From IMG/VR virus record IMGVR_UViG_3300037264_006630, positions 1-64,000 of that record: a stretch of DNA of 64,000 nucleotides. One strand, given 5' to 3'. A program made the position numbers and the translations under genes. A model generated the notes under the pieces. It worked only from the letters and a program-made list of their open reading frames with translations. It was not told the DNA's origin and did not search any database. Positions 9,809 through 19,403 of this stretch are shown in pieces; position 1 is the stretch's first letter, and every line of letters starts with the position of its first letter. This DNA is from a virus.

Positions 9809-10229
9809 CGACGAAGGCCCGGACCCGACCTACGTCTTCGGGGCGTGGAGCGAGGAGTCCGACCTCGGTCTACGCATTCGAGCAGCTCCTGGTGAACATC
9901 AGGAGCGGTGCGATGGCGAAGGCGATCCAAACTGGTCCGCCCACGCTCGCCGCATGGCGTTCGCCTACGCCGGCAAGTACCTGGCCGACGATCGTCCGAT
10001 GCCGGCCACCGACGACGACATCGCCGGGATGCTCATCGCCTGCACGGGTCGCGTCGAAGTCCGCTGGATTCCCGACGTCCACCAGGCGCTCGCGATGGCG
10101 CCTGCCGCGATGGCCTCCTTCGCAATCGCGCGGGCGGTTCACCGGATCGCATGCCTCAAGCCCCGGCCCGGCTACCCCACCTGCGGTTGCGGGCCCGGTC
10201 CCAACGCCTACGGCCCCTGGAGAACCTGA
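9801..10229 (+). CDS. Hypothetical protein (MKRDEG...)
   Basis: Starts at the operator ATG. Confidence 0.7.
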   Translation: MKRDEGPDPTYVFGAWSEESDLGLRIRAAPGEHQERCDGEGDPNWSAHARRMAFAYAGKYLADDRPMPATDDDIAGMLIACTGRVEVRWIPDVHQALAMAPAAMASFAIARAVHRIACLKPRPGYPTCGCGPGPNAYGPWRT

Positions 10230-10961
10230 TGGACGAACCCTATTCGATGGCCACCGAGATCGCGAGCTTGGTCGCCGAGGCCAAGGAGTGGTACGAGGCG
10301 GCCGATGCCGACTGGCGGCGTGAGGCCGAGCTCGTCCGCCGCACGGGATGGGCAAGCCCCAGCACGGCATGGGCCGCCATGATCGAGAGCGCCGCCCGCG
10401 TCATCGATCGGGCCCGTGGGTTCGATGGTGGGTCGCCCTCGCCGCGTCGCGAGGTCTCCGACCACCGGAAGATCGAGCGGGACGAGATGGTGGTCCGTGC
10501 TTCGGATGTCGCGGGCGCCGCCGCCGAGATCCACCGTCTCCGCGCCGAGCTCGCCCGCATGAAGGGCGACAGCCTGGAGTTGAGGGCCCGGATGCTCGAC
10601 AGCACGGCCAAGGCGCTCCCACCCGCGTTCATCGTGAGGCCGACGCCGCAGTACGTCGAGGACTGCGAGCCCGGCGATGTGGTCGAATGGACCGGGCCCG
10701 TCATCGTCGCGTGGAGCGACTCCCACGTTTTCACCGAGACGCGCACCGAGGCGATCGTCCCGGGCCATCCACCCCAGCGGCGGCCAGAAGTGGGGCGAGG
10801 GCCGGCTGGCGGAGGTCAGCTTCGCTGCGCCTGGCGTCTTCGAGTGGGAGTCCCGCCGTGCGCTGATCCGCCACGAGCAGCGGATCAAGTCGGTCCGCAA
10901 GTCGGTGGCCGGCCCCAACCTGCCCGCCGTCCTCGTTCCCGCCCCGGAGACCACCCGATGA
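10229..10961 (+). CDS. Hypothetical protein with apparent +1 frameshift near 10778
   Basis: Coding-like frame switches at the CCACCCC run; the second frame ends in a TGA overlapping the next ATG. Confidence 0.55.
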
Positions 10962-11623
10962 CCGAGCCCGCACTCCCCGCGTCCAACCACCCCGGCCTCA
11001 CCGACGACCAGCGCTTCACGCTCGACTGCTACGAGCGCAGCCGCTCGCAGTGGGTGCGCATCGCCGGCAAGGTGGGCGTGGGCGGCGCCACCACGATGCA
11101 CGCCGAGGCCGCCGCGCAGATCCGCGCGACTCGCTGGTACAAGACCCGCGGCGGCTACACCACCAACGCCGTCGAGGCGCTGCACCTGGTCGGCCACGTC
11201 GCCCGGGTCGCCGGGGGCTCGACGATCAACGGCGGCCCCTCCGCCGACGAGCGGATCACCGGCTGGCTCTGCTACCTGGTCCACCTGGGCGTGATGCTCG
11301 ACGAGTGGGGGCTCTCGATCGGGCCGCTCATCGAGCTGGCCGACCGCTGGTCCCAGGGCGAGGAGAACCAGCTCAACCTGGCCTCGTCGATGGTCGACCT
11401 GACCGTGATGTTCGCCGCGCCGGTGAGCGTCCGCGCCGTCCCGGCCAACGTCGCCGACGAGATGCGCCGGCCGGCGTTCGCCGCGCTCGGCATCCTGACC
11501 ACGGCCGTGATCGCCACGGCGAGGGCGCAGGTCAGCGGCCCGGTCGGGTCCTGGCCCGATGGTGTCACCGTCATCGGACAGTTCATCGCCGCGGTGGACT
11601 TCGTCTGCGGTAGCGTCCGGTGA
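10958..11623 (+). CDS. Hypothetical protein
   Basis: ATGA/GTGA overlaps; high GC3. Confidence 0.7.
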   Translation: MTEPALPASNHPGLTDDQRFTLDCYERSRSQWVRIAGKVGVGGATTMHAEAAAQIRATRWYKTRGGYTTNAVEALHLVGHVARVAGGSTINGGPSADERITGWLCYLVHLGVMLDEWGLSIGPLIELADRWSQGEENQLNLASSMVDLTVMFAAPVSVRAVPANVADEMRRPAFAALGILTTAVIATARAQVSGPVGSWPDGVTVIGQFIAAVDFVCGSVR

Positions 11624-11949
11624 TCGGTCGCTGCGAAGCCTGGGACCTCGTGCTGCCCGTTCCCGACGATGGGGGCGAGCCGGTCTACGTGCATTGCCCG
11701 AACAGCGGGCGCCGCATCCAGGAGACCGATCCACTCGGCCGCCCCCGCCATCGTACGGTCTGCGGGCCCCACGGCCTCGACACCGCACCGGCCACGGCCA
11801 AGGAGGTCGTCTTGGTCGGCGCGACTGACGCGGATGTCCATGTGCAGTTCCAGGCGTTCACCATGTCGCTGTGGGACCACGAGCGGCGCGAGACGCTGCG
11901 GCTCGATGGCGACCTGGTTGACGATCCCCACGCCGAGGGCGCACGGTGA
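11620..11949 (+). CDS. Hypothetical protein
   Basis: Overlap-coupled ORF. Confidence 0.65.
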   Translation: MIGRCEAWDLVLPVPDDGGEPVYVHCPNSGRRIQETDPLGRPRHRTVCGPHGLDTAPATAKEVVLVGATDADVHVQFQAFTMSLWDHERRETLRLDGDLVDDPHAEGAR

Positions 11950-12191
11950 CGCGTCGAACGGGACGTCGATGGACGAGGCGACGAGTTCGCCGCTATGCGT
12001 CCTGCCCAGACTGCAACGAGTGGAGCCTGCGCGTCGAGGAGAACGGGAAGTTCGCCCGGCATCACCCAGGGCTCGGCTACGTCGAGCGCTTCCCACCCGG
12101 CCACCGGTTCACGGCTGGTCCGATCTGCACGGGTAGCGGCAAGCCCTCGGGGATGCCGGACATCCGCCAGCCAGCGAAGGTGGCAGCGTGA
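11946..12191 (+). CDS. Small Zn-finger-like protein
   Basis: CPDC...H...CTGSG. Confidence 0.65.
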   Translation: MTRRTGRRWTRRRVRRYASCPDCNEWSLRVEENGKFARHHPGLGYVERFPPGHRFTAGPICTGSGKPSGMPDIRQPAKVAA

Positions 12192-13327
12192 CGTGGTTCA
12201 TCATCCACTTCCACCCTGGCGCCCCGCTGGGCGTGCCCGCGATGGCGTCTGGGCCTTGGGCCGACCGCGATCTCGGCTCGCTTCAAATGGACGAGTGGCG
12301 CGCCGCCGGCGAGGTGCGCGAGGTCACCGAGCAGGCCGAGCGCCCGGACCTGCCGGACGACTGCCTGTTGACGCACAGCAAGGCGGACGAGTACGCGCTG
12401 GCGCACAAGCTCGGCCGGCCGAAGATGGGGCGGCCCCCGCTCCCAACCGGCACGAGCAAGGACAACTTCCAGGTCCGCCTCACGCCGGATCAGCGTCAAC
12501 TGGTCGACCGCGCCGCCGAGCGCGTAGGCGTCAAGGTGACGGCATGGGCGCGCCGCGTGATGGTGAAAGCGGCCGAGGAGGTGCTGGCCGCAGCTCGTCG
12601 CGAGGCCGAGACGGAGTCGGACCTCCGGGAACTACTCGCCGATGGGCTGGTCGAGAAGACCAGCGCCCCTGGAGAGCCGGCGCTCTGGGCCCTGACGACC
12701 GCGGGCCGGGCCGTGGCGGATGCCGAGCTCGCGCGCGCGGCGCCGGCCGCGAAGCCAGAGCCAGGCCCGCCGACTCCCGCGCCACCGCCACCACCGCCAC
12801 CGCCGCCACCGCCACCACCGCCACCGCCGCCACCACCGCCACCCGCCCGTCCGCTTGCGGTCCAGCAGGCCGGCCGCTTCACCAAGGGCGACCGCATGCG
12901 GCTCACCCCGGAAGGGTTGCAGCGACTCGCGTCGGCGTCGCACACCCCGTTCCTCCGGGGCACCTTCGAGGGCTACTGCCGCGATGGGGCCTGCATGCGG
13001 ATCAAGCGGGACGACATCCTGAGCGTCCACACCTACGATGTCGCGTTCTGGGAGCTGGCCTCCGCGCCGCCGCCTGCACCCGCGCCGCCGGTCGCACTCC
13101 CGTCCACGCCACGGCCCGCGCTCGCGCCTCCGGCACCGACGCCACCTCCTCAGACTGATCGCGCTTTGTCGAGTGGTCGCAATCGGTTACCTCGTAAACG
13201 GCCCGTTCTTCCGATCACGAGTTCTTCTGTCGTCCCGGCCGCTCCTCCACTCCGGATTCGCCTCCTCCCCGCAACGGATGCACCTGCACCCCACGAGCCG
13301 ACCGCGGACGAGATCTTCACGTTCTGA
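12188..13327 (+). CDS. Ribbon-helix-helix-like DNA-binding protein with polyproline linker
   Basis: GRPP...FQVRLTPDQRQLVDRAAERVGVKVTAWARR; about 20 consecutive Pro. Confidence 0.7.
   Translation: MTWFIIHFHPGAPLGVPAMASGPWADRDLGSLQMDEWRAAGEVREVTEQAERPDLPDDCLLTHSKADEYALAHKLGRPKMGRPPLPTGTSKDNFQVRLTPDQRQLVDRAAERVGVKVTAWARRVMVKAAEEVLAAARREAETESDLRELLADGLVEKTSAPGEPALWALTTAGRAVADAELARAAPAAKPEPGPPTPAPPPPPPPPPPPPPPPPPPPPPARPLAVQQAGRFTKGDRMRLTPEGLQRLASASHTPFLRGTFEGYCRDGACMRIKRDDILSVHTYDVAFWELASAPPPAPAPPVALPSTPRPALAPPAPTPPPQTDRALSSGRNRLPRKRPVLPITSSSVVPAAPPLRIRLLPATDAPAPHEPTADEIFTF
12782..12844 (+). repeat. (CCA/CCG)n polyproline-coding repeat
   Basis: Seen directly in the sequence. Confidence 0.9.
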
Positions 13328-13348
13328 CCCCAAGGACCAAGGACCACC

Positions 13349-13570
13349 ATGCTCATCGTCAACTTCTACGAGTACGTCGGCCAGACCCCGCTCGCGCGCA
13401 TCACGGCCCTGAACGACGCATGCCACGTCCCCAGCGCCGGGGAGTCCGTGACCATCGCCATCGACGAGAACGTCCCCGCCATCGAGGGTCGCGTCCAGCG
13501 CGTCGAGTCCAGGTACGGCGCGCAGGGCTGCACCGTCTCCGTCCACCTCTCCGACTTGAGGAACGTGTGA
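13349..13570 (+). CDS. Small beta-rich hypothetical protein
   Basis: Clear SD-like AAGGA; GC3 bias. Confidence 0.7.
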   Translation: MLIVNFYEYVGQTPLARITALNDACHVPSAGESVTIAIDENVPAIEGRVQRVESRYGAQGCTVSVHLSDLRNV

Positions 13571-14427
13571 CCATGACCGACTCCGACACCGCGCCTCTCG
13601 GCGCCCCCGTCCCCTCTGGCCCCACCGGGGCCGCCGTCATCGTCACGGCTGGCGCTGGCGGGGTCGATGCCCACTTCGCCGCGTTCGCGTTCACGCGGAT
13701 GATCGAGGGCTACGCCCTGAAGCTCGGCTACTCGGTCTACGACGCCATCGAGGACAAGACGCCGGACGGTGGGGTCAAGACGGCCACCTTCGCCGTCGCC
13801 GGGGACGCCGCCTTCGAGCGGCTGGTCATGCTGTCCGGCGTCCACCGCCTCACCCGGTTCTCGCCGTCCGACCCGGAGGGGCGCCGGACGGCGAGCTACG
13901 CGCTCGTGACCGTTGCCCCGCTGGTGGCCTGGGGCTCGCTCCGCTACAGCTACGGCCTCGATCCCTACACCAAGGCTACCAACCACCAGACCGGCGCCAG
14001 CACGCCCGAGGTGGAGTCCGTCCTGGGCGGCAACCTGGACCTGCTCTTCGGGGCGGTGGAGCCGGAGCCCGAACCCGTCGAGGTGTCGACGGGCGTGCCG
14101 CCGAATCTCGACGCGCTGATCAAGGCGTACGGCAAGGCCGCCCACGATGTGGCCTACGCCATCGGCGACCGCGGCCAGGGCTTCGACGAGTTCACTCCCC
14201 TTGTCGAGGCCCGTGATGCCGCCCGCAAGGCACTCGACGACGCCCTCAAGACGTTCGTGCCAGCCACCCTCTCCGACCAGGATCGCGGCCACCTCGCCGA
14301 GATCCGCGGCACGCTCGAGCGCACGCTGGACGCGGCCGAGCACAACGGCAACCGCGGCTCGATGGCGTTCGACGACTACCCCGCTTGGATCGAGTTCCTC
14401 GCCAGGCTCGCCGGGAGCGGCCGGTGA
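13567..14427 (+). CDS. Release factor 2 (PCRF)-like protein lacking GGQ domain 3 and domain 1, fused to an unknown helical C-terminal domain
   Basis: AGAGGVDA...RM...GGVKTATFAVAGDAAFERL...SGVHRLTRFSPSDPEGRRTASYALVTVAP joined directly to VAWGSLRYSY..DPY.KATNHQTG...VLGGNLD; no GGQ. Confidence 0.85.
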   Translation: MTMTDSDTAPLGAPVPSGPTGAAVIVTAGAGGVDAHFAAFAFTRMIEGYALKLGYSVYDAIEDKTPDGGVKTATFAVAGDAAFERLVMLSGVHRLTRFSPSDPEGRRTASYALVTVAPLVAWGSLRYSYGLDPYTKATNHQTGASTPEVESVLGGNLDLLFGAVEPEPEPVEVSTGVPPNLDALIKAYGKAAHDVAYAIGDRGQGFDEFTPLVEARDAARKALDDALKTFVPATLSDQDRGHLAEIRGTLERTLDAAEHNGNRGSMAFDDYPAWIEFLARLAGSGR

Positions 14428-14744
14428 CCGACGCCGCACCCGCCAAGCCCATCCCGATCATCGACCTCATCGACAAGTACGGTGAGGCGTGCGTGGGCAA
14501 CGGCGCGAAGGGCGCCGGTCACGCGGAAGACCACGCGGTGCTCGTCGCCAAGACGAACCTCCACGACGCGCTCCAAGCGCTCGCCAAGCTGGTCGACGAC
14601 GCCTGCGCAGCCTCGTACTGGCACGGCAACCACCTCCGCTTGCCCGGCAACGAGCATCGCGAAGCCGAGGCGGGCCGTACCCGCAACGCCCTGTGCGCGG
14701 CCATCGGCATCAAGCCCGAGACGCCCTGGCCGGTGAAGCCGTGA
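14424..14744 (+). CDS. Hypothetical protein
   Basis: GTGA overlaps. Confidence 0.65.
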   Translation: MTDAAPAKPIPIIDLIDKYGEACVGNGAKGAGHAEDHAVLVAKTNLHDALQALAKLVDDACAASYWHGNHLRLPGNEHREAEAGRTRNALCAAIGIKPETPWPVKP

Positions 14745-14768
14745 CGACTCGACCCGACGGCTGGCCTC
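14741..14768 (+). pseudogene. 5' fragment (MTTRPDGWP) of a gene split by the transposon
   Basis: Removing the element plus one TSD copy gives MTTRPDGWPLCPKCGADE... Confidence 0.8.
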
Positions 14769-14800
14769 GGCTTTGCCCGCAAACCCTCCGGAGTGGCGGT

Positions 14801-14833
14801 GCTGACCGCAAAGGGGGAGGCGCTGACCGCAAA
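14801..14833 (+). repeat. Two subterminal GCTGACCGCAAA repeats, left end
   Basis: 14801-14812 and 14822-14833. Confidence 0.85.
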
Positions 14834-15075
14834 CCCGCGGGGATACGCGCCGGTCGGACGCCATCATCACGCAACCCAGAGCACGGTCGGCCGATAGAGG
14901 CGGTCGACAATGAGTGAGCGGGCACCAGTGATCCACGCGAGGGCTGAGGACGGCGGCCGGCCTTGTTCCTTAGCCTCCGGTGCGCTGACTGAAACCGAAG
15001 ACGTCACCGCAACACCCCAGCGGCAAGAGATCCCTTCGGTTGACGCGGATCCACGGTGTGGCTACAACGTGGCCC

Positions 15076-15279
15076 ATGGCGAAAACACGGGGGAAGACAA
15101 AGGCCAGGCGGCCGAAGCCGCTGAAGGACGACTTGATCCGCTTTCGGGTCACGTCCGAGGAGAAGACGGGGCTGGAGGGGGCCGCGACCAGGGAGGGGAT
15201 GGACCTCTCGACGTGGATCCGACGGCTGGCACTGCAAGCTGCCGGCTTGCTTCCTGGCGCCTCGGACATTCACCGATGA
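15076..15279 (+). CDS. RHH/DUF1778-like regulator (possible RM controller)
   Basis: IRFRVTSEEKTGLEGAATREGMDLSTWIRRLAL; promoter TTGACG-17-TACAAC upstream. Confidence 0.8.
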   Translation: MAKTRGKTKARRPKPLKDDLIRFRVTSEEKTGLEGAATREGMDLSTWIRRLALQAAGLLPGASDIHR

Positions 15280-17849
15280 GGGCGGTTTCGGAGGCGGAGA
15301 CCGTCATCAAGCGCATCCTTCCTTATCTGGCCCGTCGCGGGTACGACATCGAGAAGGATCTGAGCTTTGAAGACCCCGTTGGCATGACAGCCACCGCCAA
15401 GAGTGGCTTCATTGACATCACGGTTCATTGCCAGCGCACCAGCCCCATCTTTCTCATCGAGGCCAAGCGGGACGGCACGAAGATTACCGTGAAGCACAGA
15501 GAGCAGGCGCTGGAATACGGAAAAGGCATTGGCGTCTTACTCGTGGCCGTCACGAACGGAAAGTCTTTCGAGTTGCACAATGCGACGACGAGAAAGCCGC
15601 TGTTCCTCAATGGGGCCGCGATGGACCGCATTCCGTCACGCAAGGACCTGCTTAGCGAGGTGCTCAAGCAACTCAAGCGAGATCCCGCCATCGATCGAAT
15701 TACGATTAGTGCGGACCGCTCGTTGCCCTACCGGCCTGGACTGCCGCTCTCGAAGCTCAATCACCTCATCAAGCAGTGTCATAACTCGATCCGGAAGATT
15801 GAGAAGAACGAAGAACATGCCTTCGCTGACTTCAGCAAGTTCATGTTCTTGAAGCTGTTGGAAGAGAAGTGGGACCAAGAGCAGGAGGTGCCTCCATACA
15901 GTTTTACTTTCCACGAGCTGGCCGCGACGCCGAGTGGGAAAGGAGATCGCGTTCGGGCAGCCATTAAGAGCATGATCGGCACGATTCAGAGCATCACGCG
16001 CTACGGTGACGTTCTAGCCGACCCGATTAGGCTGACCAAGGATGCGTCCTACCAAAGCATCGTTCGTCTCATCGCATCCGTCTCGTTCACCGACTGCGAC
16101 CTGGACTCAAAGGGGGCGGCCTTTGAGTATTTCGTCAGGGCAACCCTCAAGGGGAAGAAGCTCGGCCAGTATTTCACACCCCGCCCGCTCGTGAAGTTGA
16201 TGCTCCATCTCGGCAGATGGGAGCAGATCGTCAATAGCCTGTCCACCGGCGGTGACTTCAAGGTTCTTGATCCAGCGTGTGGGACGTCGGGTTTCCTTGT
16301 TCTCGCGATGAATCACTGCTTGGATGAAATCGATCGTCGACTCGAAGCGAAGACTATCCACAAAAACACGGCGACCGCACTCAAGAAGCGTGTCCGAGAA
16401 GACGTGTTCTACGGAATCGACGCACATAACGGAGTTGCTTGCTCAGCCAAGATGAACATGATCGTCGCGGGGGATGGCTCTAACAACATTCGCTGTGCCG
16501 ACTCGCTCAATGAGCCACATCTGATCCCACCGTACAAGCGGCACGCCGACGGCAAGGAGTGCCCGGACGGCAAGGCGCATCTGATTCTAACAAATCCGCC
16601 GTTCGGGACATCTGAAGCTGAATCCTTGACGCCTGCCAGTGCGGCAACGTTCGCGATCCGTTCGGCGCGCGGCCAATCGCTCTTTATTCAGAAGATGATC
16701 CAATCAGCGCACGATGACAGCCTCATCGTGACTGTCATCGATGAGGGCGTGTTGAACACCGCGTCTTATCAGAGTTTGCGGGAACTAGTTCTGAAGTCCT
16801 GCCGCATCGAAATGGTGCTCCAGTTGCCGGGGACAACATTCAAGCCGAACAAGATCGACGTCCGATCGAGCGTCCTCGTGCTGCGGAAACGCGCAGAAAG
16901 TGACGAGGACGTCGCCGATGACTATCCGGTTACGTTCGCCGCCATCGACTCGATGGGCTACGAAGGATCGGGCGACGAAGTACGCGGCTTCGACTTGCAC
17001 CGCTTGATCGCAGAAATCAAGTCTATCGACGCCAGCAAGCTCACCGAGGCGCAGGTCACGACGGGCTACCACTGGGAAGCTTTCCGTACTAACTCGCAGA
17101 CGATCGCGACAGACAAGACGCGTCGCCTGGACGTGCGCTACTGGCACCCCAGCGTTCGTCTTCCGATCATGCAACTCCGCGGGCTCAAGGGCACGGTGTC
17201 GGTCAAGGAACTAAACAAGATCCCCACGCGCCGTGGCAAGAGCCCGCCATCGGCCGAGTACGTCACGCCACAAGAGGGACACGCGCTAGTCGTCAAAGCC
17301 GGTTCAAACATCTCGAAGACCGGCGAGTTGATCATCGGCGGTGACTACGTCGAGCGCCAAGTATACGAGGAGTATGCTATCGCTGGGCTCAACCTTGAGG
17401 ACGGCGATGTGCTCCTAGCGTCGACCGGTGAGTACGTGTTGGGTAAGTGCTGCGTCTTCCGCAACCAGATCGGAGATGGAGCGACACCAGGGATCGCCGA
17501 TGGTCACGTCGCAGTGATCCGAGTCGACCAAACGAAAGTTTATCCAGAGTACCTCTGCGACTACCTGCGGAGAGGGTTCGGTCACGATCAGATCGCCAGG
17601 ATCCTTACCGGGTCAACAGGGCTGATCGAGATCACTCCGGATGACGTTGACGGCGTGCTTGTTCCAAAATTGCCTTCGCTGGCCAAACAGAAAGCGCTTA
17701 GCGATAGCCTTCGGCACGGCGAACGCGTGGCGGCCGAGGTGATCGCGAAGGCCGCCGAAAAGCTGCGAGCGGACGAGCAACTGTTCCGCAACACCACCAT
17801 GCCGCCCGAGTTCAAGTTGCTAGGCTACCGCGTCATCGGCGGCGACTGA
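15276..17849 (+). CDS. Single-chain restriction-modification enzyme (HSDR_N nuclease + N6-adenine MTase + TRD; Type IIG/IIC-like)
   Basis: FIDI...LIEAKR nuclease motif; GQYFTPRP, VLDPACGTSGFL, TNPPFG; C-terminal HsdS-like TRD; lower GC than flanks. Confidence 0.9.
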   Translation: MRAVSEAETVIKRILPYLARRGYDIEKDLSFEDPVGMTATAKSGFIDITVHCQRTSPIFLIEAKRDGTKITVKHREQALEYGKGIGVLLVAVTNGKSFELHNATTRKPLFLNGAAMDRIPSRKDLLSEVLKQLKRDPAIDRITISADRSLPYRPGLPLSKLNHLIKQCHNSIRKIEKNEEHAFADFSKFMFLKLLEEKWDQEQEVPPYSFTFHELAATPSGKGDRVRAAIKSMIGTIQSITRYGDVLADPIRLTKDASYQSIVRLIASVSFTDCDLDSKGAAFEYFVRATLKGKKLGQYFTPRPLVKLMLHLGRWEQIVNSLSTGGDFKVLDPACGTSGFLVLAMNHCLDEIDRRLEAKTIHKNTATALKKRVREDVFYGIDAHNGVACSAKMNMIVAGDGSNNIRCADSLNEPHLIPPYKRHADGKECPDGKAHLILTNPPFGTSEAESLTPASAATFAIRSARGQSLFIQKMIQSAHDDSLIVTVIDEGVLNTASYQSLRELVLKSCRIEMVLQLPGTTFKPNKIDVRSSVLVLRKRAESDEDVADDYPVTFAAIDSMGYEGSGDEVRGFDLHRLIAEIKSIDASKLTEAQVTTGYHWEAFRTNSQTIATDKTRRLDVRYWHPSVRLPIMQLRGLKGTVSVKELNKIPTRRGKSPPSAEYVTPQEGHALVVKAGSNISKTGELIIGGDYVERQVYEEYAIAGLNLEDGDVLLASTGEYVLGKCCVFRNQIGDGATPGIADGHVAVIRVDQTKVYPEYLCDYLRRGFGHDQIARILTGSTGLIEITPDDVDGVLVPKLPSLAKQKALSDSLRHGERVAAEVIAKAAEKLRADEQLFRNTTMPPEFKLLGYRVIGGD

Positions 17850-17859
17850 CGCCGGAGAG

Positions 17860-18093
17860 CTACTCGTCGTTGGCTGCCTTCAATGCGCTCGCCAAGATCC
17901 AGCCTGACAGCCCGACCCCGGCCTTCTCGGCGGCGAAGCGGAGGATGGCCTTCTGCTCCGCGGTGACGCGGATGATGATGTGCTGGTCCTTGCGGACCGG
18001 CTTGCGGCGCACGATCTCGCGAACCTTGGTCGAGCGCGCCTCGGGGAAGTCGTCGGGCTTGGCGGGTGACTTGGTCTTGCGCGGGGTCGCCAT
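17860..18093 (-). CDS. RHH/DUF1778-like regulator divergent from the transposase
   Basis: IIIRVTAEQKAILRFAAEKAGVGLSGWILASAL. Confidence 0.8.
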   Translation of the reverse strand: MATPRKTKSPAKPDDFPEARSTKVREIVRRKPVRKDQHIIIRVTAEQKAILRFAAEKAGVGLSGWILASALKAANDE

Positions 18094-18176
18094 GTGTCCG
18101 GAGCGTATTAACAAAACGGCGAGCGCCCGTCAAAGACTCGGGTTGAACGTCAGACCGTGGTGTTAATACATCAGAC
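18094..18176. promoter_or_regulatory. Divergent promoters with inverted TATTAACA/TGTTAATA boxes
   Basis: 18106-18113 and 18161-18168; each overlaps a TAATAC -10. Confidence 0.65.
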
Positions 18177-19403
18177 ATGAACACGGCGACGATCACGGAT
18201 GCGCGGCAGGTTCGGGGGCTCGCGTTGGCGAAGGGGAAGGCGAAGAAGATCAAGCCGGTGGCCGGGTCGACGTGGCTGGTGCCGTCGGCCTCGGGCGGTG
18301 GTGGCGGGTACGTGGTCGACGTCGACAAGGGGACCTGCTCTTGCCCGGACGCGGAGGAGCGCGGGGTCCGCTGCAAGCACCAGTTCGCGGTTGCCTACGT
18401 CCGGGCTGAGATCGCGATGCCCGACGGCGCGGTGCTGGTGGCGGAGACGCGGGTCACGTACGCGCAGCCGTGCTGGTCCGCGTACCACAAGGCGCAGGTG
18501 ATGGAGAAAGACACGGTCGAGCTGCTCCTGCGCGGGCTGTGCGACGGCATCGTGGAGCCGCAGGCGAAGAAGACGGGGCGCCCGCCGATGCCGCTGGCGG
18601 CGCTGGTGTTCGCGGCGACCCTCAAGGTCTTCTCGACGATGAGCGGGCGCCGCGCGTCGAGCGACATCCGGGCGGCCAAGGAGCGCGGGCGCCTCGGGAC
18701 GGTGGCGCACTACAACACGATCTCGGAGCACCTCGCGCGCCCCGATCTGGCGCCGCTCCTCAAGGTGCTGGTGACCGAGTCGGCCCTGCCGCTCAAGGCG
18801 ATCGAGTCGCAGTTTGCCGTCGATGCCACCGGCTTCGCGACCAACACCTACGCGCGCTGGTACGACGAGAAGTACGGCGAGGAGAAGCGCGCGGCGCGGT
18901 GGATCAAGGCGCACGCGATGGTCGGGACGAAGACGCATGTGATCACCGCCGTCGAGGTGACGGAGTCGAACGTCCATGACTCGCCGATGCTGGCGCCCGT
19001 CCTCGCGACGACGGCGGCCAACTTCAACATGCGTGAGGTGTCGGCCGACAAGGCGTACCTCGCGAACGACAACCTGACGGCGATCGAAGCGGTCGGCGCT
19101 GTGCCCTACATCCCGTTCAAGATCAACTCGCAGGGCAACGGGTCCGAGGCGTGGCGCCGCCTCTGGCACCTCTACAGCCTCAACCGGGAGGACTTCCTCG
19201 GGCACTACCACCGGCGGTCGAACGTCGAGAGCGTGTTCTCGTCGGTCAAGCGCAAGTTTGGCGCGGCCGTGCGCGCGAAGCTGCCTACGGCGCAGGTCAA
19301 CGAAGTTCTCCTCAAGTGCATCGCCCACAACCTGTCTATGCTGGTCCACTCGATCCACGAGCTGGGCGTGGATCCGAAGTTCTGGCGCGGGGGTGGGCAG
19401 TGA
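18177..19403 (+). CDS. DDE transposase with N-terminal SWIM zinc finger
   Basis: CSCPD...CKH SWIM; FAVDATGF, HDSPML, SADKAY, YHRRSNVESVFSSVKRKFG. Confidence 0.92.
   Translation: MNTATITDARQVRGLALAKGKAKKIKPVAGSTWLVPSASGGGGGYVVDVDKGTCSCPDAEERGVRCKHQFAVAYVRAEIAMPDGAVLVAETRVTYAQPCWSAYHKAQVMEKDTVELLLRGLCDGIVEPQAKKTGRPPMPLAALVFAATLKVFSTMSGRRASSDIRAAKERGRLGTVAHYNTISEHLARPDLAPLLKVLVTESALPLKAIESQFAVDATGFATNTYARWYDEKYGEEKRAARWIKAHAMVGTKTHVITAVEVTESNVHDSPMLAPVLATTAANFNMREVSADKAYLANDNLTAIEAVGAVPYIPFKINSQGNGSEAWRRLWHLYSLNREDFLGHYHRRSNVESVFSSVKRKFGAAVRAKLPTAQVNEVLLKCIAHNLSMLVHSIHELGVDPKFWRGGGQ

Noticed and set aside
10780-10800. 'GGQ' tripeptide as the missing RF catalytic loop supplied in trans
   Set aside because: The surrounding sequence has no RF-1 domain context; chance occurrence
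10208-11788. Long antisense ORFs (also 29215-30771, 52446-53813 and others)
   Set aside because: Shadow ORFs typical of high-GC coding DNA; no motifs or start signals
14910-15275. 979-aa RM ORF starting at 14910
   Set aside because: The N-terminal extension overlaps the RHH gene in another frame; ATG 15276 (ATGA-coupled) is the better start
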